Below are positions 11,171 through 20,543 of a DNA stretch of 64,000 nucleotides, piece after piece. The notes under the pieces are model-generated. The model searched no databases. It was not told the DNA's origin and worked only from the letters and a program-made list of their open reading frames with translations. The DNA lies in the NCBI RefSeq assembly GCF_965221685.1, contig NZ_OZ244907.1. One strand, 5' to 3'. The first letter of the stretch is position 1; each line of letters starts with the position of its first letter. This DNA is from Candidatus Palauibacter sp. (GTDB lineage: Bacteria > Gemmatimonadota > Gemmatimonadetes > Palauibacterales > Palauibacteraceae). The position numbers and the translations under genes are program-made.

Positions 11171-11589
11171 TCGTCACGCCGGACGCGTCGGTTCTTCTAA
11201 AATGGGTTCTTCCGGGCGACGACGAGCAGGACACGGACGCGGCGCTCGCGCTGCGTGACGAGGCGGTGGCGGGAACCCTCGATCTGGTCGTTCCTCAACT
11301 CTGGATTCACGAGGTGGGAAACACGCTGGCGAGGCGGTTCCCCGATGACGCCGACGCGCTACTGGCATCCCTGGCCGACTTCGGCCTGGCGGAGGCGCGG
11401 CTCGACTCAAACTGGAGACGGCGCGCCGTGTCTCTGGCCGTAACGTACGGAGTCGCATTCTACGACGCGGCATACCACGCCGTGGCGCTCGGCCTTGGGG
11501 GTGTGTTCGTGACGGCAGACGAGCGATATGTCCGTCGCGCCTCGAGCGCCGGGGGCATCTCCTCGCTACGGCTCTGGCAAACCCGCTGA
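11167..11589 (+). CDS. vapC: VapC PIN-domain ribonuclease toxin
   Basis: IVTPDASVLLKW (first acidic residue), HEVGN, and C-terminal YDAAYHAVALGLGGVFVTADERY match the PIN catalytic-residue layout. 4-nt overlap with vapB. Confidence 0.75.
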   Translation: MIVTPDASVLLKWVLPGDDEQDTDAALALRDEAVAGTLDLVVPQLWIHEVGNTLARRFPDDADALLASLADFGLAEARLDSNWRRRAVSLAVTYGVAFYDAAYHAVALGLGGVFVTADERYVRRASSAGGISSLRLWQTR

Positions 11590-12708
11590 GGCATACGGCT
11601 CCACGGACCTCGTCGAGGAGTCCCGCGACGCCTCCCGGCTGGCGGGAAAGAACGGTCGGTACCAATCCCGCAGACGCATCACCGGCCCGTCGTCGCGGCA
11701 GAGCATCGGGGGAGCCGTGAAGCCTTTTTCTTCCCAGATGCGGACATCGTTGCGCCACTGGGAGACCCAGCCTCCGACCGCCCCCCGGACCAGAAGCCGC
11801 GGGACGCTGCGCTCGGCGAACCAGTGAAAGACGACCTGCTGGTCGAGTGGTGAGATCGGCAGATAGGTCTGTACGATCTCCACGACGCCCACCTTCGGCA
11901 ACTTGATCGTCAGGTTCATGATGCTGCCGACTCCCGTGAACATGACTCGGGTCTTTGTCCGGGTAATTTCCATGCGACGGCCGCCGACGTTGAACACGGT
12001 CTCGACGAGGAGCGGCATGCGGTAGCTCCCACGGGCAGCGTCAAAGTCCAGGCGCGACGTGTATTCGATGGCCGTGCGGGGAATCGGGAATCGCGTCCAG
12101 GGCACCGTCAGTCGGTTATGGAGGTGTCCGAAGTGCGCCGAGTCGACCGCGTTCTCGATGGGCTCGACGATGTGCATCCGGCTGCGACCGGCGTCGTAAT
12201 GTCCGCGATAGACGAAGGTGCCGTCATCGACTCCGGGGATGCGGGGGACCGGGTACGGAACCTCTTCGCCCGCCTGCTGCGGGGCTCCGCCACTCCGGTG
12301 ATACATGAAGATCTGCCCGTGCACCTCCTGTACGGGGAAGCTTTCGGTCGCCACGCGGGTGGGCACGGTGTCGCTGTAGGGCACGTGGGCCGCTCGTCCG
12401 TCGCCCGTGAATTGCCAGCCGTGAAAGGGACACTCGATGCGATCCTTGCACACGCGGCCGCCCGCGAGGTTCGCGCCCAGGTGAGGGCAGAACGCCGACA
12501 TCGCGAATACGTCGTCCGCGGTCTCGCTGCGCCAGACGACCAGTGCGCGGCCCAGGCACTCCAGGTAGCGCACTTCCCCGCGCCGCAGCGACTTCGAGCG
12601 GAGCAGCCGGTACCAGCCGTCGGGATAGGGATGGGGATAGTTGGCGAGACGCAGATCGTCGGAGTATTGCGGCTCCCGGCGCTTCGAGCGGCGAGTCAGG
12701 AAGCTCAT
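11566..12708 (-). CDS. Rieske [2Fe-2S] non-heme iron oxygenase, KshA/Neverland-like (sterol-ring desaturase/hydroxylase family)
   Basis: Rieske CPHLGANL...CPFHGWQF (CxH-X17-CxxH). Mononuclear iron site ENAVDSAHFGHLH (E/DxxxDxxHxxxxH). N-terminal YPDGWYRLLRSKSL resembles Neverland/KshA. Start trimmed to Met at 12708, preceded by an AGGGGAA RBS; the 500-aa ORF start at 13068 was rejected. Confidence 0.75.
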   Translation of the reverse strand: MSFLTRRSKRREPQYSDDLRLANYPHPYPDGWYRLLRSKSLRRGEVRYLECLGRALVVWRSETADDVFAMSAFCPHLGANLAGGRVCKDRIECPFHGWQFTGDGRAAHVPYSDTVPTRVATESFPVQEVHGQIFMYHRSGGAPQQAGEEVPYPVPRIPGVDDGTFVYRGHYDAGRSRMHIVEPIENAVDSAHFGHLHNRLTVPWTRFPIPRTAIEYTSRLDFDAARGSYRMPLLVETVFNVGGRRMEITRTKTRVMFTGVGSIMNLTIKLPKVGVVEIVQTYLPISPLDQQVVFHWFAERSVPRLLVRGAVGGWVSQWRNDVRIWEEKGFTAPPMLCRDDGPVMRLRDWYRPFFPASREASRDSSTRSVEPYASAGLPEP

Positions 12709-12728
12709 TGGCCGCCGGCGCGGTTCCC

Positions 12729-13862
12729 CTAACGTTCCTCTGACGAGGGACTGGCCAGAGAACTCGTCACCGCGAGAGCCATCACCGGGTAGAGCGTCCC
12801 GGTATACGTGATGAAGTGCCACGTCTCCGTGTTGAGTGACTTCGTCCACCAGCGGCCCGATTCTCTCTGGTTCCGCCTGAGCCACTCGACGCCTCGCTGC
12901 ACGGCCGGGTGCGTCGGCGGCACCCCCGCGGACGACAGCACGACAACCGCCAGACCGGTCTGGTGGCCATCGCTCGCGGGATCGCCGAAGTCCGCCTCGG
13001 CTCGCAGGCGTTCCGCGCGGTTGCCCCGGCCCCACTCCTCGGGCTGAGCGAAGGAGCGAATCGACCATCCTCCGTCCGGGCGCTGCCGGTCCAGGATCAT
13101 CCTGACGATGTCCTGCTTCCGGTCGGCGCTGATCACGCCCGGCAGATGCTGCTCCGCCCAGAGCAATGCCACCCGGGCGTAGTCATGGGGAGGAGGAACC
13201 CGCTGCAGATACTCCCGGAGACTGGCCACCTGGCCCTGCAACTCGGGAGAGGCTGACTGCTCGAGCCATCCCGGAGCCAGGCCCACACCCATGGCCGCGA
13301 CGGTCGCGACCTGAAACGCGTCGGACTCGAAGGGCGGCCATGTGTCCGGGGAGTGCCAGGCCCCGTCGTCGCGCTGAAGGCGAAACATGAGATGAAGCGC
13401 CTGCTCGGTTTCGGGAGACAGCCGCTGGTCCACGTACGCATCCCAGGATGCGAGAGACGCGGCCATGTGCACGACTTCTGCGGGGTCCACTCCCTCTTGG
13501 AGCTCTTCGGGGTCCTTGGCGAGCCTGTCCTGAAGACGCTCCTCGAGAAAGGCCCGGAAGGTTGCATCGGGCTGACCCAGGCTCCCGGCGAGCTGCGGAC
13601 GAAGGATCCCGTACCACCCCGTGGTGTGACACGAGACGCAGCCGCGGTTGTTTACCCAGGCCCTGGCTCCACCCTCCAGGTAGGCGACCGCCCGCTCGAT
13701 GGACAGATTCTCCGCAACGGGTTCATCCCCCGACGCCGGCGGGATGGCGATCTCTCCGAAGTGATACTGGTGGAGGCGGTGGTCGGGCTCCTGCTGGGCG
13801 TGAAGCCCGGAGCCGAGAAGCGAAATCCCGACCGACAGTCCGATTGCGGCATGCATGAATTT
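12729..13862 (-). CDS. Secreted prenyltransferase/squalene-cyclase-like (alpha-alpha toroid, QW-repeat) protein carrying a c-type heme-binding CxxCH motif
   Basis: Signal peptide MKFMHAAIGLSVGISLLGSGLHAQ. Three QxxDGGW-type repeats (LQRDDGAWHS, RQRPDGGWS, NQRESGRWW). NRGCVSCHTTGW heme c site. Lies 20 nt upstream of the Rieske oxygenase on the same strand. Confidence 0.5.
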   Translation of the reverse strand, partial: KFMHAAIGLSVGISLLGSGLHAQQEPDHRLHQYHFGEIAIPPASGDEPVAENLSIERAVAYLEGGARAWVNNRGCVSCHTTGWYGILRPQLAGSLGQPDATFRAFLEERLQDRLAKDPEELQEGVDPAEVVHMAASLASWDAYVDQRLSPETEQALHLMFRLQRDDGAWHSPDTWPPFESDAFQVATVAAMGVGLAPGWLEQSASPELQGQVASLREYLQRVPPPHDYARVALLWAEQHLPGVISADRKQDIVRMILDRQRPDGGWSIRSFAQPEEWGRGNRAERLRAEADFGDPASDGHQTGLAVVVLSSAGVPPTHPAVQRGVEWLRRNQRESGRWWTKSLNTETWHFITYTGTLYPVMALAVTSSLASPSSEER

Positions 13863-14016
13863 CATGGCCGAACGCAGTCCCAGGAGGTTCCCGTGTTGGG
13901 GCTGCATCCATCGTAAACGCCGGTTCGCCGCCATGTAAAGGCACGCGCGAGACCGGAGGCTAGCGGGGCGCCTCGATGCCGATCTCGGGTGCGGCGGCGG
14001 CGAAGTGGCGGACGTT

Positions 14017-14391
14017 CTAGGTGATGATCGTCGAGGCGCGGGCCTTCAGCGCGCATGCCGCGATGAGCATGTCGTACGTCTGTCCGCCGATCACTCTTCT
14101 TCGCTGCGCTCTGCGTAGCGCGCGCCAGGTTTCGGCCGCCGTAAGGTGGATGGTGGGAGTTTCGCCCCAGTTCGCCTCGAGCAGTGCGATGGCGTCCCCG
14201 GATCGCAGTCGATGAGGTCCTGGTAGCCGGGTGAGGACCGCATACGTCTCCGCCAGCGAATGAGCGGCAAGCACAAGCTCTTCGCCGGTCCGCTCGCGTC
14301 GCGCGAGTTCGGCACGGGTTCTCGCGTGGTGTTCGTGCCAGGAGCAGACGGTCGCGACCAGGGCGCTTGTGTCGCAGAGGTAACGGGTCAA
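14017..14391 (-). CDS. vapC: VapC PIN-domain toxin, C-terminally truncated by an in-frame TAG (see findings)
   Basis: LCDTSALV...YDMLIAACALKARASTIIT then TAG at 14017-14019. Reading on in frame gives NVRHFAAAAPEIGIEAPR before the next TAG at 13963-13965, which is the normal VapC C-terminus. Confidence 0.6.
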   Translation of the reverse strand: MTRYLCDTSALVATVCSWHEHHARTRAELARRERTGEELVLAAHSLAETYAVLTRLPGPHRLRSGDAIALLEANWGETPTIHLTAAETWRALRRAQRRRVIGGQTYDMLIAACALKARASTIIT

Positions 14392-14633
14392 GAGCGGAGG
14401 TCGGCCGTCGTCTCCTCGACCTCCGCCGCCGTCAACACCGGACGGCCCTCGCGCGGCACCGCGACCACGGCAGCGCCACGCCGTTCGAGTGAGACGTCCA
14501 GCGGTACCGGCTCAATCTCGACGCGGCCGTCCCGAACCCGGAACCGGACGCGGGTTCCGGGACGCAGCCGGCTCGCTTCCCGAACCGCCTTGGGCACAAC
14601 CAAGCGGCCGGCCTTATCGATGGTAGTTTCCAT
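14388..14633 (-). CDS. AbrB/MazE/SpoVT-family antitoxin paired with the VapC at 14017-14391
   Basis: METTIDKAGRLVVPKAVREASRL is a swapped-hairpin AbrB/SpoVT motif. 4-nt overlap with the downstream toxin. Start trimmed to the Met at 14633. Confidence 0.6.
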   Translation of the reverse strand: METTIDKAGRLVVPKAVREASRLRPGTRVRFRVRDGRVEIEPVPLDVSLERRGAAVVAVPREGRPVLTAAEVEETTADLRS

Positions 14634-14813
14634 GGTAATAATCATGCCACGTCAGGTGCCATCGATCAAGATCTCAAGGCCCGGGCTGCGCCTTCAGCCG
14701 AGTACCCGAGGCGTAATTCCGGAACTCTCACTGCGACGCGCCACTATACTATGGTCACTGCGCCTTGAGCCGGGCGCCGACACGGGACCGCATGCGGAAG
14801 GTGGGCCGACGCC

Positions 14814-15728
14814 ATGCTCGAGATCCGGAACCTCGTCAAGGTCTATCCCGGGCCCGTCGCGGCCCTGCAGGGCGTGTCGCTCGATGTGCCCAAGGGGATG
14901 TTCGGGCTCCTTGGCCCCAACGGGGCGGGGAAAACGACCCTCATGCGCATCGTGGCCGGCCTCCTCGAGCCGACCTCCGGCACCGTCCACTTCGGTGGCG
15001 AGGACATCGTCGCCGACCCGCGCCGAATCCGGCGGCAACTCGGCTATCTGCCGCAGGACTTTGGCTTCTATCCCCACCTCACGGGCGAGTCGATGCTCCG
15101 CTTCCTGCTCCTGCTCAAGGGGGTGGAGGCGCCGCAGGGGGTGAAGCGGCTCGCCGCTGAACTGCTCGACCGCGTGAACCTCTCCCACGCCGCGAAGCGC
15201 AAAGTGAAGGGTTACTCGGGCGGCATGCGGCAGCGGCTGGGGATCGCGCAGGCGCTGGCGGGCGACCCCCGGATCCTGATCGTCGATGAGCCCACGGCGG
15301 GCCTGGACCCGGAGGAGCGGCTCCGCTTCTACCGCCTGCTCGCGGAACTCGCCGAGGACCGCACCGTCCTCCTCTCCACGCACATCGTGGATGACATCTC
15401 CGTGCTCTGCCCCCGCGTCGCGATCATGTACGATGGCCGCTTCGTGGCGAACACGACCCCCGCCGAGGCCCGGGGCCGCCTCGCGGGCGAGATCTACCAG
15501 GGCGCCGTGGAGAAGAAGGACCTCGCCTCGGTCGACCGCGAGTACCGGGTCACGCAGGCGATCCTCATCGAGGGCCGCAACCAGGTTCGCATCCACCTCC
15601 CGGAGGGTGCGCCGCCCGAGGGCTTCGAGGCGGCCGAACCCACGCTGGAGGATGCGTACCTGCTCCTCGCTCAGGCGAATGGCGCCCAGCCCGACCGCGT
15701 GGCAGCCGACGGCGAGGCCGCCTCTTGA
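14814..15728 (+). CDS. ABC transporter ATP-binding protein
   Basis: Walker A GPNGAGKTT, signature YSGGMRQRLGIAQAL, Walker B ILIVDEPTAGLD. Confidence 0.9.
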   Translation: MLEIRNLVKVYPGPVAALQGVSLDVPKGMFGLLGPNGAGKTTLMRIVAGLLEPTSGTVHFGGEDIVADPRRIRRQLGYLPQDFGFYPHLTGESMLRFLLLLKGVEAPQGVKRLAAELLDRVNLSHAAKRKVKGYSGGMRQRLGIAQALAGDPRILIVDEPTAGLDPEERLRFYRLLAELAEDRTVLLSTHIVDDISVLCPRVAIMYDGRFVANTTPAEARGRLAGEIYQGAVEKKDLASVDREYRVTQAILIEGRNQVRIHLPEGAPPEGFEAAEPTLEDAYLLLAQANGAQPDRVAADGEAAS

Positions 15729-18700
15729 ACAGCTTTGCGCGGTCGTGGGAGGTCACTCGAAGGGAGTTCCGCGCGGGGTTCCGGCGGCCGGCCACCTGGG
15801 TGCTGGTCGTGGTCCTGGCCTGGCTGGCGTTGGCCGCGGCTTCGGGCGGCTTCCGCATTTCCACGGGCGCTGGCGGGATCGGCGGCGAGCGGGCCTTCAT
15901 CACCTCGGTCTACACGCAGAGCATGGTCCAGGGCATGGTCATGCTCGCGGTCGCGGCCTGGTTCCTGTCCATCTCGTGCGGGATGGTCGTGATTCGGGAC
16001 CTCGAACTGCAGGTGTCGGAACTCTTCCACTCGACCCGGCTCACGCCGCGGGAGTACGCGTGGGGCAAGTTCTGCGGGGCGGTCGGCGTCTTCGCGGTCG
16101 CGTGGCTCGTCTTCCTGGTGTTCCTGATCTTCTTCGCACACTTCGTGAGGGACCTCGCCGGATCCCGCCTCATCGGCCCCTTCTCCGCCTGGAACTACCT
16201 CTTCCCGACGCTCCTCTTCGGGGTGCCGCAGATGCTCCTCTTCGGAGGCGTCGCCTTCTTCCTCGGCACGTGGACGCGCCGTCCGATCATCGTCTTCGTC
16301 TTTCCTCTGGCGGCGACCCTCGTCACGCTGACCTTCCTGATCGACTGGTCGCCCTCCTGGCTCGCTCCGGAGGTCACCCGGCGGCTCATGCTCATCGACC
16401 CCTCGGGGTATCGCTGGCTGGACGAGACCTTCCTCACGGTCGACCGGGGCGTGGCGTTCTACAACACGCAGCCGCTGCGGCCCGACGCGGGGTTCGTCAT
16501 CAGCCGGGTGGTCGTCGCCCTGCTGGGACTCGGAGCCGTGGCGGTCGCGGCACGCAGCTACGCCCGAAGGATGCTGGCTGGCGGCTGGGAGCCCCGCCTC
16601 CTGAGCGGACTGCGGCGCAGAAAGACCCGGGGCGCCGCCACCGACGCCCCTACGGGGACCGCCATCGACGCCGCCCCCCTGCCGACCCCGCGCCGGGTGG
16701 CCGCGACGACCACCCTCGCCAGCCTCGGGATGAGGACCCGGCCCCTCGGTTTCTGGCGGAGCGCCGGCGTCATCGCGCGCGGCGAGATCCGGGACCTCGT
16801 GGTGCGGCCGGGGATGTATCTCTTCGTCCCCCTCATCCTGTTCATGGCGTTCGAGACATCGGTCGGGATCGGTCCCCTCGATTCCCGCCTTCTGCACACG
16901 CCGGGCGAGATGGCGGAGGGCCAGTACAACACGCTGAACACTTTCCTCTGCTTCCTGCTCCTCTTCTACACCGTCGAGTCGCTCCACAGGGAACGCAGCA
17001 GCCGCCTGCACGAGATCTTCGGCGCGATGCCGGTCGGCACCGGAGCCGTCCTCCTCGGGAAGACGCTGGGGAACAGCGTGATGGCGAGCTTCATCCTGCT
17101 CGTGACGCTCGTCGCCGACGCGGCCTTTCTCCTCTACGAGCGGTTCATCGGCGGGAGCCCGGTGGAGTTCGACCTCTTCCCCTTCGTGGCCGTGTGGGGG
17201 GTCGTGCTCGTCCCCACATTCATCTTCTGGACGGCGTTGATCACCGCCCTTTTCTCCCTCCTCCGAAGCCGGTACGCGGTGTACGGACTCGGGGTCGGTC
17301 TCGTGATCTTCACGGTGTACAGACTGCAGGTGGGCGCGGGGGTGACCTGGGTGTACAACTGGCTCGGCTGGGGCGTGGTGTACTGGAGCGACATGGGCAC
17401 CTTCACCCTGCATGGCACGCCGCTGCTGCTCAACCGGCTCCTCTACCTGAGCCTGGTGCCGCTCCTCGTCGTACTCTCGGTGAAGTGGTACGGCCGGCAG
17501 GACTTCGACGCGGCCGGGATCATCCACCGCCTCCGTCCGAAACCGCTGCTCCTCGGCGCCGCGCGGCTGCTGCCGCTGGGCGTCCCCGCAATCGTCCTCG
17601 CCGCGATCCTCGCCGTCGGGGGCGCGCGGGGCTACCAGGGAGATGCGGCGGACAGGTGGACGAAGGCCTACTGGCGGCAGAACTCCGAGACCTGGAGAGA
17701 CTTCCGCATGCCGTCGGTCTCGCGCGTCGAGGTCGATCTCGACTTCGAGCCGAGCGAGCGTTCGGTGGCCGTGAAGGGGGAATACACCTTTTCCAACCAC
17801 CGTGACCATGCGTACGACCGATTCCCGCTCACGACGGGCCCGTGGGCTCCGATCACCTGGACGCTGGGCGGGGAACCGTACGAACCCGAGGACCGCTCGA
17901 ACCTGTTCATCTTCACCCCGCGCACACCGCTGGAGCCCGGGGACACGCTCACGGTCGGCTTCGAGTACGACTTCGTGTTCATGGAGGGGATGAGCCGGGG
18001 TCCCGGCGAGGCGCTGGAGTTCATCCTTGAATCGGGGATCGTGCTCACCTCCTTCGGGCCGAACTTCGTCCCGGTGCCGGGCTATCTGTCGGGGATCGGC
18101 GTGGACGGGGACAACTCGGCCGAACCCCGCGAGGTCCCGGACGACTTCCACGCAGGCGAGACGGAGCCGTTGTTCGGCTGGGGCGGCGGGGGCTTCGCCG
18201 TGCGTACCCGCATCACGACCCCCGAGGCGTACACGGCCAACGGCGTCGGCCGACTCGTGAGCAGCGAGGTCGCCGGCGGCCGCCGCACCGTGGTTTGGGA
18301 GACGGACCATCCCGTGCGGCTGTTCAACGTCATCGCCGGCAAGTACGCGGTGATCGAGGGGGACGGCACCGCGATCTACTATCACCCGGAGCACGACTAC
18401 AACGTCGAGGAGATGTCCGCCGCGCTCGACGCCGCGCTCAGATACTACTCCGAGTGGTTCCATCCCTTCCCGTGGGATTTGCTCAAGATCTCCGAGTTCC
18501 CCCATCAGATGGGTGCCCAGGGCTTTCCCACGAACATTTCGTTCGGCGAAGGGATCGGGTTCCTGACGAGGAGCGACCCGCGTTCGCACGCGGCGTTCGC
18601 GGTCGTCGCGCACGAAGCCGCGCACCAGTGGTGGGGGAGTTTCCTCATGCCCGGCGACGGCCCCGGCGGCAACATCCTCTCCGAGGGCATGGCCCACTAC

Positions 18701-19441
18701 GCGACGATGCTCCTGCACGAGCAGGTGTACGGCGACCGCTACCGCATGGAGTTCGGCAAGCGGATCGAATCGCAGTACGGCATGGCCCGCTTCGTGGACT
18801 CGGAGCGTCCGCTCGTGAGGACGGACGGGACCCGCCGCGGCGATGGCACTGTCACCTACGATAAGAGCTCGTGGGTGATGTGGATGCTCCAGCGGGAAAT
18901 GGGCCGCGAGAACCTGCTCGCCGGCTTGCGCGCCTTCATCGCGAAGTACAACGCTGACCCGGACTTCCCGGTTCTCCTGGACATGCTCCCGGTGCTGCGC
19001 GGCTTCGCCCCGGACTCGGCGAGATTCGGCTCATTCGTCCACCAGTGGTTCGAGGACGTCGTCGTGCCGGAATACCGGCTCTCGGGTGTAACGAAGACCT
19101 CCGAGCCGGGCGACGCGGCGGAGGCCGGGGCTTCCGGCGTCGGGGAGGCGGGTGCCGCTGACACGTGGGTCGTGCGCGGAACGATCGAGAACGTGGGTAC
19201 GAGCTACATGACCGTGGAAGTGGCGGCGACTACGGGCGATCGCTGGTCCGACGAGGGGGACGACGCCGAGCGGTCGGTCGTGGCCGAGGGATACCGCGAC
19301 GCGCGCACGACGGTGGCCCTGGGCCATGGGCAATCGATCGAGTTCGAGATCCGCGCCCCGTTCGACCCCGACCGGGTTCTGGTCGACCCGGACGTGCTCG
19401 TCCTCCAACTGAATCGGGACGCCGCCGTCTTCGACTTCTGA
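15725..19441 (+). CDS. ABC-2-type permease fused to an M1-family (aminopeptidase N-like) zinc metallopeptidase domain
   Basis: N-terminal about 600 aa hold multiple hydrophobic TM segments. C-terminal HEAAHQWWG...x18...E (HExxH-18-E gluzincin motif) and an M1-like GAMEN-region context. ATGA start overlaps the ATPase stop. Confidence 0.8.
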   Translation: MNSFARSWEVTRREFRAGFRRPATWVLVVVLAWLALAAASGGFRISTGAGGIGGERAFITSVYTQSMVQGMVMLAVAAWFLSISCGMVVIRDLELQVSELFHSTRLTPREYAWGKFCGAVGVFAVAWLVFLVFLIFFAHFVRDLAGSRLIGPFSAWNYLFPTLLFGVPQMLLFGGVAFFLGTWTRRPIIVFVFPLAATLVTLTFLIDWSPSWLAPEVTRRLMLIDPSGYRWLDETFLTVDRGVAFYNTQPLRPDAGFVISRVVVALLGLGAVAVAARSYARRMLAGGWEPRLLSGLRRRKTRGAATDAPTGTAIDAAPLPTPRRVAATTTLASLGMRTRPLGFWRSAGVIARGEIRDLVVRPGMYLFVPLILFMAFETSVGIGPLDSRLLHTPGEMAEGQYNTLNTFLCFLLLFYTVESLHRERSSRLHEIFGAMPVGTGAVLLGKTLGNSVMASFILLVTLVADAAFLLYERFIGGSPVEFDLFPFVAVWGVVLVPTFIFWTALITALFSLLRSRYAVYGLGVGLVIFTVYRLQVGAGVTWVYNWLGWGVVYWSDMGTFTLHGTPLLLNRLLYLSLVPLLVVLSVKWYGRQDFDAAGIIHRLRPKPLLLGAARLLPLGVPAIVLAAILAVGGARGYQGDAADRWTKAYWRQNSETWRDFRMPSVSRVEVDLDFEPSERSVAVKGEYTFSNHRDHAYDRFPLTTGPWAPITWTLGGEPYEPEDRSNLFIFTPRTPLEPGDTLTVGFEYDFVFMEGMSRGPGEALEFILESGIVLTSFGPNFVPVPGYLSGIGVDGDNSAEPREVPDDFHAGETEPLFGWGGGGFAVRTRITTPEAYTANGVGRLVSSEVAGGRRTVVWETDHPVRLFNVIAGKYAVIEGDGTAIYYHPEHDYNVEEMSAALDAALRYYSEWFHPFPWDLLKISEFPHQMGAQGFPTNISFGEGIGFLTRSDPRSHAAFAVVAHEAAHQWWGSFLMPGDGPGGNILSEGMAHYATMLLHEQVYGDRYRMEFGKRIESQYGMARFVDSERPLVRTDGTRRGDGTVTYDKSSWVMWMLQREMGRENLLAGLRAFIAKYNADPDFPVLLDMLPVLRGFAPDSARFGSFVHQWFEDVVVPEYRLSGVTKTSEPGDAAEAGASGVGEAGAADTWVVRGTIENVGTSYMTVEVAATTGDRWSDEGDDAERSVVAEGYRDARTTVALGHGQSIEFEIRAPFDPDRVLVDPDVLVLQLNRDAAVFDF

Positions 19442-19464
19442 GCCGGCCCGTCCGTTCACGCTGC

Positions 19465-19575
19465 CGGCGGGCTGCAAGCCGTCAGTTGACAGACGACGCT
19501 CTACCGTCGAGCCCTACAGGTTCGAGGACGGCTTTCCCTCTACACCGCCATGCGGCGGTTCGGAAGCTCCTGAGC
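19465..19575 (+). repeat. Degenerate copy of sequence found at 24287-24360 plus 24955-24995 (a HigB 3' remnant fused to the 3' end of a HicB-like gene)
   Basis: gcaagccgtcagttgacagacgacgctctaccgtcgagccctacaggttcgaggacggc parallels gcaagttgtcacttgacaggcgacgctccaccgtcgagcccttcagcttcgaggacggc. ctacaccgccatgcggcggttcggaagctcctga parallels ctacactgccatgcgacggttcggaagctcctga (encodes LYTAMRRFGSS*). Confidence 0.55.
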
Positions 19576-19657
19576 AGGACGCAACTTTCCGTCGTCCTTC
19601 GGTTGTCGACCTGTTGTCGAATGAACCGATGCAGGTCAACCAGATGGAGGTCTGTAC

Positions 19658-20356
19658 GTGCAAGCGGAAATGCAGCAGGTGAAACGGACGATCCGTTGGC
19701 TGCAGGGCTACGCCGTCCTGGCCAGCATTGCACTCGTCGTGCTGTTCGTCAGGAATGGGTCCGCGGAGGAGGATGTCCTGCGGGCGCGAGGGTTGATCAT
19801 CGAGGACGCGGCCGGCCGTGAACGGATCCTCCTCGGGGCGCCGATTCCCGAGGCGGTGAACCGCGTTCGCACCGATACGGCTCGACTGCGCGAGTTGTGG
19901 GGGGCGCAGCATCCGGACATAGAAGCGTACATGGACTCCTACGAGGAATATAACCATGGGACCAACGGGCTGGTGATCCTCAACGAGGACGGTTTTGACC
20001 GGCTTGTCCTCGGCGAAGAAACCCCCGACCCACACGTAGGCAAACGTATCGCGCCGTCCTCAGGTCTGGTGGTCCATGATCGCATCGGATTCGAACGGGG
20101 AGGGTTTGGCGTGCTTAGCCGCGAGGACAGCGATTACGTCGCTTTGGGCCTCGATTCAAGTCGCGGCGAGGCCATTTCCCTGATCGCGTTCGACGCAGGC
20201 ATGATCGGTGCCTACCTGAACGACGGGGGAGATTTCATGTTTCTCGGTAAGGGACCTGAGGGCTCCATGCCATACCACGACGAACCGTTCCTTGGTCTGA
20301 CGTTTTGGCGCGATGGAGAGGTCATTCACGATCTGAATGTCGACGAGGGCAACTGA
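19658..20356 (+). CDS. Paralog 1 of an uncharacterised 232-aa N-terminally membrane-anchored protein family
   Basis: MQAEMQQVKRTIRWLQGYAVLASIALVVLFV (TM anchor), then conserved LRARGLIIED..GRERIL.GAP.PEA.NRVRTD core shared with 20544..21242 and 22851..23549. Confidence 0.6.
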   Translation: MQAEMQQVKRTIRWLQGYAVLASIALVVLFVRNGSAEEDVLRARGLIIEDAAGRERILLGAPIPEAVNRVRTDTARLRELWGAQHPDIEAYMDSYEEYNHGTNGLVILNEDGFDRLVLGEETPDPHVGKRIAPSSGLVVHDRIGFERGGFGVLSREDSDYVALGLDSSRGEAISLIAFDAGMIGAYLNDGGDFMFLGKGPEGSMPYHDEPFLGLTFWRDGEVIHDLNVDEGN

Positions 20357-20543
20357 GTTCGCCGACCCGATCCCAAGAGCCGCTTGCAACTCTCCCCTGA
20401 CGTTCCGCTGTCGAAAGCGTGTCGGCAGCCTGGGGTCCGGTCCGAGGTCCCCTCGAGACGGAGCGTCGCGCACCACATCGACTTCTTCCGCCGCGGCGTA
20501 GACTCGTCCGTGTTGCCAGATACCATCGTTAAGGAGGATTCAG

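Noticed and set aside
15286-18718. Very long ORFs 15286..17805 (+, 839 aa) and 15671..18718 (-, 1015 aa) overlapping the permease-M1 peptidase gene
   Set aside because: Arg/Pro/Gly/Ala-rich, low-complexity translations typical of off-frame or antisense ORFs in high-GC DNA. The in-frame +1238-aa ORF has clear TM and HExxH motifs.
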